From contig OZ024742.1 in NCBI GenBank assembly GCA_964016885.1, forward strand, positions 162,130,001 to 162,194,000: 64,000 nt of DNA, read 5' to 3'. The DNA is from Eledone cirrhosa. Its lineage: Eukaryota. The notes under the pieces are model-generated. The model did not search any database. It saw nothing but the letters and a program-made list of their open reading frames with translations, and was not told where the DNA came from. Within the stretch, counting starts at the first letter, position 1. Every line of letters starts with the position of its first letter. Positions 52,721 to 64,000 of this stretch are shown here, piece after piece. The translations under genes were made by a program, and so were the position numbers.

Positions 52721-52820
52721 GTCTTAATGAAGACTAGGAGTTTCACGCTCCACAAAAACAAAAACAAAAAAAAGTCTATTGGATAGCCGTGACTCTTTTG
52801 AGTTCCTCTGCCCTATGACA

Positions 52821-52889
<69 letters not shown>

Positions 52890-52892
<3 letters not shown>

Positions 52893-53309
52893 ACACTGAA
52901 AAACAATGAAAAATTAAACAAATAACATGTTCTTCATATTAATCTATTGTACTTAAATTTGCTGTCCATTGGTCTGACCTAATTATCTTTTACATTTGCT
53001 GTCCATTGGTCTGACCTAATTATCTTTCTCTACTGTAACCACCATACCATCCTTTTCCACAATTGTTTTACTGTTTTCTTATTCTACACTGATGATAGAG
53101 GACTGAAGGAGGTAGGTTTGCATTTATCTCAGTATAATTTGTAAAATATAGTATATATGTATGTGTATGTATATATGTGTATATGTATATATATGTATAT
53201 GTGTATATATGTATATGTAGATATATATTTTTTTTATGAAGATGCATAAATCAATATTAATATGAATAACATGTTCTTTGTTTAATTTTTCATTGTTTTT
53301 CAATGTCTT
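52890..53309. repeat. Unit bounded by ~55-bp inverted repeats, containing a 39-bp tandem duplication and a decayed hammerhead-like core (~53080-53150)
   Basis: AAGACACTGAAAAACAATGAAAAATTAAACAAA..CATATTAAT versus its reverse complement at 53256-53309; internal CTGATGA with flanks able to pair, but no GAAA. Confidence 0.65.
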
Positions 53310-53443
53310 ATTTTGACTCTGTTTTCCTATTGTTTTGCATCATTAATTAACTACATGAATTGTTTATGATCTCTCCACACTCGGATTGCATTGAGTTCTC
53401 TATACGGATCCGACACTACCGTTTACTCCGGTAGATTAATCTG

Positions 53444-53534
<91 letters not shown>

Positions 53535-53571
53535 GAATGTATATTTGTTTGTTTGTATGTTTGTCCTTTAT

Positions 53572-56500
53572 CTACGTTCATCTGAAACAGACGAGCAACG
53601 TGAAGCAAGATTGGAAACGAATCGACTACGCAATGCTGAAGCCCGTTCATCTGAAACAGACGAGCAACGGGAAGCAAGATGGCAAACCGTTCGAGTAAGA
53701 ACTGCTCAAGCCCGTTCATCTGAAACAGACGAGCAACGGGAAGCAAGATGGCAAACCGTTCGAGTAAGAACTGCTCAAGCCCGTTCATCTGAAACAGACG
53801 AGCAACGGGAAGCAAGATGGCAAACCGTTCGAGTAAGAACTGCTCAAGCCCGTTCATCTGAAACAGACGAGCAATGGGAAGCAAGAGTGGAAACGAATCG
53901 ACTACGCAATGCTCTCACCAGAAGAATACTGCACGCTGATTTAAATCTTGGTGCATTTCATTACGATTCAAATTATGATTACAGTCTTCATCCAAGTGTG
54001 ATTATTGGAAAAATGGATAAATTATGCGGGTATTGTGGTGCCCTCAAATTTAAAAATGAAACACCAGGAATGTGCTGCTCGGGTGGAAAAGTGAAATTGC
54101 CAGAATTACATCCACCACCTGAACCATTATCAACGTTAGTATCAGGTGACACAAGCGAATCTAAACATTTCTTGGCAAACATACGCAAGTACAATTCATG
54201 TTTCCAAATGACATCGTTCGGTGCAACAAATATCGTGCGCGAGAATTACATGCCAACATTCAAAGTACAAGGGCAAATTTATCATCGTGCTGGATCACTC
54301 CTACCACTGCCGGACGCAGATCACAAATTTCTTCAAATTTATTTCATGGGAAACACTGATGACCAAATAGATCAACGTTGTAAATTCAATACGGGAACTA
54401 AACGAGAAATTGTTACTGCATTACAAACTTTATTCAATCAACACAACAAATTAATTCGATTGTTCAGAGCTGCCCTTGAACAAATGCCAAGTGATGACTA
54501 CACAATTGTAGTTAGAGCAGACAAAACACCTGTTGGCCAACATCAAAGACAGTACAATGCACCAACAATTGATGAAGTGGCGATCGTTATTCTAGGTGAA
54601 GAATTTAACTCGCGCGATATAATTCTTCACCGCAGAAATGGTGATGTTCAGCGAGTTTCAGAAACGCATCGGTCATACGATGGTTTGCAATATCCGATTT
54701 TATTTTGGCAAGGAGAAGATGGATAACATTTCAACATCAAACTGAGAAATCCACAAACAGATGAGGAAACGAATAAGAAAGTCAGTGCCATGAATTATTA
54801 TTCATATAGATTAAAGATTCGTGAAAACGGTGAAAATCATATTTTGAAATGTCGACAATTGTTCCATCAATACTTTGTCGATATGTATGCAAAAATCGAA
54901 ACCGAACGACTCTTCTACATTCGATTGAATCAAACCAAGCTACGTTCAGAAGAGTACATTCATTTACGTGATGCCATTGTTAATGGTGGCAATATGAATC
55001 CTAATGAATTGGGGAAAATGGTCATACTGCCGGCTACATTTACAGGGAGCCCACGGCACATGCATGAATACGCACAAGATGCAATGACATATGTTCGCGC
55101 ATATGGCCGTCCAGATTTTTTTTATTACATTCACATGCAATCCTACGTGGGATGAAATTAAAGAACTTTTGTTACCTGGTCAATCGTCTTCGGATCGTCA
55201 TGATATTACAGCGCGTGTGTTCAAACAAAAATTGAAATCTTTAACGGATTTAATTGTCAAGCATCATGTTTTTGGAGAGACACGCTGTTGGATGTTTTCC
55301 ATTGAATGGCAAAAAAGAGGATTGCCACATGCACACATTTTGATTTGGTTAATTGAAAAAGTCACACCAGATCAAATTGATCAAATCATCTCAGCAGAAA
55401 TACCAGATGTCGACGTTGATCCAGACTTATTTGAAGTCGTCACTAAAAACATGATTCATGGTCCATGTGGCTTACTCAACAACAATTCACCATGCATGTC
55501 TGATGGGAAATGCACGAAACAATACCCAAGAGACTTAGTTGCCGAGACTATCACTGGCAATGACGGATATCCACTCTATCGTCGACGAGCAACTGAAGAT
55601 GGCGGCAAATCCATCACTTTAAAAGTACGAAACAATTATGTTGAAGTCGATAATCGTTGGGTTGTACCATATTCACCGTTACTCTCAAAGACGTTCAAAG
55701 CACACATCAATGTCGAGTATTGCAATTCGGTGAAAACGATCAAGTACATTTGCAAATATATCAACAAATGAAGCGATATGGCAGTTTTTGGAGTGTGCAA
55801 TGCAAATGCATCTATCGATGAAATCGACCAATACCGACTGGGACGCTACATTAGTAGTAATGAAGCAGTATGGCGCATTTTATCATTTCCAATCCATTAT
55901 CGACATCCAACAGTTGTTCATTTGGCGGTGCACCTTGAAAATGGACAGCGCGTATACTTCACAACTGAAAATATACGTGCAAGGGCATTGACACCACCGC
56001 CAACAACGTTAACTGCGTTTTTCTCATTGTGCAGTGAAGATGTGTTTGCAAAGACACTACTTTATTCTGAAGTGCCAACATATTACACATGGAATACATC
56101 AACGAAAAAGTTTAAACGTCGCAAACAGGGTAAAGTAGTTGAAGGACATCCCAATTTATATTCGACCGACGCGTTAGGCCGTTTGTACACTGTTCACCCA
56201 AATAATGCAGAATGCTTTTACTTGCGATTATTGTTAATCAACGTACGTGGACCGACATCATTCCAAGAATTGAGAACAGTAAACGGTCAAGTATGTGCCA
56301 CTTATCGTGAAGCTTGCCAAAAATTAAATCTTCTTGAAAATTATGGACATTGGGACACTTCACTCGCTGATGCATCGAATACTGCTCGACCACAGCAAAT
56401 ACGCACGTTATTCGCAATAATATTGACAACGTGCTTCCCATCAAATCCAAAAGATCTTTGGGAAAAATACAAAGACTACATGAGTAGTCCTACATCGTTT

Positions 56501-58044
56501 GCGTGCAACAAATCAAAATCTGAATATTCAGTTCACACCAATCGTGTATAATGAAGCATTGGTTTCGATTGAGGTCATATGTTTAGCAATCGCTAACAAA
56601 ACAGTGGTACAATTGGGAATGCCTGCGCCGAATCGATCTGTAAACGACATTTTCGATCGTGATTTGCAACGAGAAACAAACTTTGATGTCGCCGAATTGG
56701 GTACATTTGTTCAAACGAATCTTCTGAAATTGGTACCAGAACAACGCATAGTATATGACAAAATTATGCAGGCAATTACAAATCAAAGCGGCGGATTGTA
56801 TTTTATAGATGCGCCCGATGGTACAGGCAAAACTTTTCTCATTTCACTTATTTTGGCAACTATACGATCACAAAATAATATTGCACTGGCAATCGCATCA
56901 TCTGGAATTGCGGCAACTCTTTTGGATGGTGGCCTAACTGTACATTCAGCACTGAAATTGCCATTGAATATGCAAATCACTGAGACACCAACATGCAATA
57001 TCACCAAAAATTCTGGTATAGGTAAAGTACTCCAATCATGTCAAATCATTATATGGGACGAATGTACTATGGGGCACACAAAAATCATTGGAAGCGCTTA
57101 ATAACACACTAAAAGATTTGAAAGGAAATGAACAGCTCTTCGGTGGCACACTCATTTTATTGTCTGGTGATTTTCGACAAACTCTACCAGTTATACTGCG
57201 ATCAACACCCGCTGATGAGCTTAATGCATGTCTCAAATCATCAGTTTTATGGCGACACGTACAGAAATTAACTTTAAAAACCAATATGCGTGTACAACTA
57301 CAAAATGATGCATCCGCTGAACGTTTCACAAAACAATTGCTGGATATTGGGAATGGGAAAATGGTAATCGATGAATCCACAAAATTGCCAACAAACTTCT
57401 GTAGAATCACGGGAACCAAAGTTTTCCCAAATATCGCGCAGCATTACAAAAATCATCAGTGGATTAATGCACGTGCTATATTAGCAGCCAAAAACAACGA
57501 TGTCAATGCCATTAATTTCAGCATTCAAAACAAAATACCAGGCGAAGCGACAACGTATAAGTCCATCGATACTGTAATGAATCAAGACGAAATTATCAAT
57601 TATCCAACTGAATTCTTGAATTCACTTGATTTACCAGGCATGCCACCGCACATTTTAACATTGAAAATTGGCGTGCCTATCATCCTTCTCCACCACAACT
57701 TTGCAACGGTACCAGGCTTTCAGTGAAAAAGATGATGAACAATATCATCGAAGCTACAATTTTAAATGGAAAATTAAAAGGAGAAGATGTACTGTTGCCA
57801 CGCATCCCAATGATTCCGACAGATACGCCATTCGAATTCAAACGTTTGCAGTTTCCGGTGCGACTCGCCTTTGCAATGATTATTAACAAAGCACAAGGAC
57901 AATCGCTACAATTTAGAAAATCCATGCTTCTCACATGGACAGCTGTATGTGGCTTGCTCACGCGTCGGTAAACCTTCTGATTTATTCGTGTACGCACCAG
58001 AAGGAAAAACAAAAAACATTGTGTATCCAAAAGCACTTCAGTAA
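53572..58044 (+). pseudogene. Helitron Rep-Helicase (HUH Rep plus PIF1-family SF1 helicase) with 2 in-frame stops and several frameshifts
   Basis: Zn motif CGYC..CC; Rep motifs FITFTCNP, EWQKRGLPHAHILIW, KYICKYINK; helicase motifs DAPDGTGKTF, IIWDE, GDFRQTLPV, QFPVRLAFAMIINKAQGQSL. Confidence 0.95.
53575..53913 (+). repeat. Five 69-bp coding repeats (23-aa STPR-like units)
   Basis: RSSETDEQREARWQTVRVRTAQA units start at 53575, 53644, 53713, 53782 and 53851. Confidence 0.9.
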
Positions 58045-58230
58045 AATAAATTAAATGTTCTTATAACGAGTTTTCTTTAAATTCATCAGTCATTCAGTCA
58101 TTTAAAGATAAATGTTAAGATCTAAAAAATAGAAACTAAATTAGAGAAGTTTTTAAATAACGATTAAAATTTTAATATTGTTTTCTAAATAAGCTTTTTA
58201 ACACCGAGCGAAGCCGGGTAGCTCCGCTAG

Positions 58231-58326
<96 letters not shown>

Positions 58327-58420
58327 TGATGGCTGCCCCCTCGTTATCGAGTATGGCCATTGCACGAGGAGAAAAAAAAATTAATAAATAAATAAAAAAG
58401 AAAATAAAAATTAAAAAAAG

Positions 58421-58477
<57 letters not shown>

Positions 58478-59184
58478 CACGCCGCACACACATAAGCATA
58501 TCTATACACACGCACACACACGATAGCAACTAACAGCGCTTCGATCGAATGTGGCTTTTTAGCCCAGCCAATGATCTAAAATGTCTTGCACAGAGTCGGC
58601 AACCAAAACATTCACTGGGAATAGTCGGCTGTGGTTGGAGTTCGTGTACTTTTGCATGTCGCTTGAGCCCTCCTGCTGATTTACATTCTCTACCACATGT
58701 TTGGCAAGCATGATGAGTAGCATCTCCAACAGCAGCCTGGTAGTCAACCACTGGTCTTACTTTATGACTGCGAAGATGACTTTCGAGTCCAGCTTTGCTT
58801 AGGCAAAGTCTCGCACAGACGCTGGAGGACCCTCGCCGTCTGGAAGTGCAACAGCAATGCCCTTCCTCACATCCCGCTTTACTTTCTCGTATGCGATTCG
58901 AGATGCCTCAAAGGCAACTTTTCCCTCATATACAGTCTTTCTCCATTTATTACGATCAGCAGCAATATTTTCCCATGTATCAGCAGAGATGTTAGCGTCT
59001 TTCAGAGAGGCTTTCAAGGAATCCTTATACCTCTTTTTCGGTTTATGTGGCGGTCGTTTTCCTTTAACCAACTCTCCATAAAAGAGTTGTTTTGGTATTC
59101 GAGAATCCTTCATCCTGGCAAGGTGACCATTCCAACGGAGTCATTGCTTAAGCACAAGAGCTTCTATACTGTCACACATAGAGC

Positions 59185-59185
<1 letters not shown>
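58327..59185 (-). mobile_element. RTE/BovB-like LINE 3' fragment with C-terminal C2H2 zinc fingers
   Basis: [29 protein letters not shown] followed by CQTC..LKRHAKVH and CRLC..LKSHIRS. Confidence 0.85.
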
Positions 59186-59727
<542 letters not shown>

Positions 59728-59942
59728 TTCGTTTCTGAATTTGTTTAGCAAGATTCTTTATCTGAAATCGTGTGTTGAAACCGATATTGTTATACTTTGG
59801 GAGGGTCATGTTGCCAATAAGAAACACACGCACCAGTTGCTTTCACTTCAATTTAATTTATTAAATATTTATAAATTTACAAATTTATAAATTTCTGGTT
59901 GGTTGGTTGGTTCCACAACCAGATAGTTGTTTATATATATAT

Positions 59943-59987
59943 AGTCATAGTTCTTTCGTCACACACTCTGTGACCTCTTCAGTGACT
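59943..59987 (-). ncRNA. Type I hammerhead ribozyme (left arm)
   Basis: AGTCA-CTGAAGA-G-GTCACA-GAGTG-TGTGAC-GAAA-GAAC-TA-TGACT. Confidence 0.85.
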
Positions 59988-60136
59988 GGGGATTTCTTTC
60001 TTCGTTTCTGTGCCTTTCCTTTCTTCTATCCTACGCCATTTTGTTTTGCAAAATATGTGGTGACAGTCAAGTTTGCAAAACAAAATGGCGTAGGATAGAA
60101 GAAAGGAAAGGCACAGAAACGAAGAAAGAAATCCCC

Positions 60137-60181
60137 AGTCACTGAAGAGGTCACAGAGTGTGTGACGAAAGAACTATGACT
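60137..60181 (+). ncRNA. Type I hammerhead ribozyme (right arm)
   Basis: Same sequence: 5-bp stem I, 6-bp stem II, minimal stem III, CUA site. Confidence 0.85.
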
Positions 60182-60443
60182 ATATATATATAAACAACTA
60201 TCTGGTTGTGGAACCAACCAACCAACCAGAAATTTATAAATTTGTAAATTTATAAATATTTAATAAATTAAATTGAAGTGAAAGCAACTGGTGCGTGTGT
60301 TTCTTATTGGCAACATGACCCTCCCAAAGTATAACAATATATATATATATATATATATATAATTATATATATATATATATATAATTATATATATATATAT
60401 ATATAATTATATATATATATATATATATAATTATATATATATA

Positions 60444-60481
<38 letters not shown>

Positions 60482-60597
60482 TATATATATATATATAATT
60501 ATATATATATATATATAATTATATATATATATATATAATTATATATATATATATATATATATAATTATATATATATATATATATATACATATATATA

Positions 60598-60635
<38 letters not shown>

Positions 60636-60641
60636 TATAAT

Positions 60642-60682
<41 letters not shown>

Positions 60683-60699
60683 ATATACATATACATATA

Positions 60700-60852
<153 letters not shown>

Positions 60853-60867
60853 ACATATATATATATA

Positions 60868-61237
60868 TATATTAATAAGAGGAATTCCAACTTTGTCTGA
60901 TTTACTCGTTTTATTTACAATCCTTTAAAATTTATAATGGTATTATAATGAAATAGTATGATAGAATATTAAATTCTAAGTGTTAATTGAACAAGTACTT
61001 TCATGCTTTCGCAATCTTCAGGTTCATAATATGTGGTGACAGTCAAGTTTGCAATTTTCAACTGTTGAAAATTGCAAACTTGACTGAAGATTGCGAAAGC
61101 ATGAAAGTACTTGTTCAATTAACACTTAGAATTTAATATTCTATCATACTATTTCATTATAATACCATTATAAATTTTAAAGGATTGTAAATAAAACGAG
61201 TAAATCAGACAAAGTTGGAATTCCTCTTATTAATATA
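60868..61237. repeat. Long inverted repeat, ~154-bp arms, with an inner 23-bp hairpin (61040-61086)
   Basis: 60868-61021 is the reverse complement of 61084-61237. Confidence 0.93.
60988..61026 (-). ncRNA. Minimal type I hammerhead ribozyme
   Basis: TGAAC-CTGAAGA-T-TGC-GAAA-GCA-T-GAAA-GTAC-TT-GTTCA: 5-bp stem I, GNRA-capped stem II, palindromic GTAC, CUU site. The mirror copy at 61084 lacks the 5' strand of stem I. Confidence 0.8.
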
Positions 61238-61267
61238 ATCTTCTATACACAATCATACACACCCGTG

Positions 61268-61449
<182 letters not shown>

Positions 61450-61455
61450 TATATA

Positions 61456-61999
61456 TGGTAGGACAATACATGCGTACCTTAGCGCATTGTGCGTGAAGGA
61501 ACACATATCCTATTACTACTATCTCCTCTAAGTTGAGAACAAATTTGGTCGCTCCGACTGCTGCTAGTGATAGCTGTGGCTGGTTTGACCTACCTCCTTC
61601 TGCCTCTATCTTTACTTCGGCCCTTGATAAACCTGTTTCTACATCATCCACTCTCATCCCAGGAACAGTTTTGATAGCGCTAGTCCGTAATTTAAATTCA
61701 GGAATTTTATATTCTTCGAATGAAAAGAACCTTCTGACGAGAATCTTTCTTTGCAACGAAGGCCGTATGGCCTCCGTTTATTTTTGGGATTCGAAACCGA
61801 TCGGTAAAGGTAACTATAGTAGGTAAAGTCAATTTTTTTAAATTTATTTTGAAACTTTTTCATTATTTGCTAAACCTTGTTTATATTTGTTCTGGCTCGT
61901 TAATTTATTAACCCGCCATTGAACCACACTGGCATTTGGTTGGACAATACATGCGTACCTTAGCGCCTTGTGCGTGAAGGAACACATATCCTATTACTA
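61456..61999 (+). mobile_element. Retrozyme-like or Penelope pLTR-like non-coding unit: 481-bp monomer plus ~63-bp terminal redundancy
   Basis: Direct repeats 61456-61518 and 61937-61999, a central hammerhead and (TA)n on both sides. Confidence 0.6.
61729..61811 (+). ncRNA. Type I hammerhead ribozyme (intact motif)
   Basis: ACCTT-CTGACGA-GAATCT..GGATTC-GAAA-CCGATCGG-TA-AAGGT: 5-bp stem I, long stem II with apical AGGCC-GTAT-GGCCT hairpin, palindromic stem III, GUA site. Confidence 0.9.
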
Positions 62000-62029
62000 T
62001 ATATATATATGTGTATATATATATATATA

Positions 62030-62232
<203 letters not shown>

Positions 62233-62233
62233 T

Positions 62234-63349
<1,116 letters not shown>

Positions 63350-63375
63350 TGTGTATATATATATATATATATGTG

Positions 63376-63415
<40 letters not shown>

Positions 63416-63417
63416 TA

Positions 63418-63668
<251 letters not shown>

Positions 63669-63681
63669 ATATATATATATA

Positions 63682-63992
<311 letters not shown>

Positions 63993-64000
63993 ATATATAT

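Larger units (their letters stand above)
53440..58230 (+). mobile_element. Helitron, autonomous type, inactivated
   Basis: Probable 5' TC at 53440 followed by (TA)n-AAATGAATG..GTTTGTTTG; 3' hairpin CCGAGCGAAGCCGG and CTAG|T at 58227-58230; encloses the Rep-Hel coding region. Confidence 0.93.
59784..60340. repeat. Perfect long inverted repeat, 269-bp arms, 19-nt loop
   Basis: 59784-60052 is the reverse complement of 60072-60340; the ORF track gives the same peptide start on both strands. Confidence 0.95.

Noticed and set aside
58530-58751. Host C2H2 zinc-finger gene
   Set aside because: Contiguous with RTE C-terminal motifs and the element's 3' tail.

Overview
AT-rich, microsatellite-saturated eukaryotic DNA. 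The repeat style suggests a mollusc, probably an octopus (inference). No host protein-coding gene can be supported; the window is a nested transposon graveyard. It holds two R4/Dong-type RLE LINEs, a complete but frameshifted 4.1-kb Ty3/gypsy element (LTRs, TSD, PPT), a near full-length Rep-Hel Helitron plus non-autonomous Helitrons, RTE/CR1/HERO LINE pieces, a Penelope-like GIY-YIG fragment, piggyBac and mariner MITEs, tRNA-derived SINEs and minisatellites. The main hidden signal is an RNA one. There are seven well-formed type I hammerhead ribozyme motifs from about six unrelated sequence families, plus several decayed ones, mostly between 38 and 62 kb. They lie in short non-coding units inserted into microsatellites, often as fold-back palindromes (including a perfect 269-bp-arm inverted repeat) or as a 481-bp terminally redundant, retrozyme-like monomer. 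All ribozyme calls come from manual folding and none is tested.
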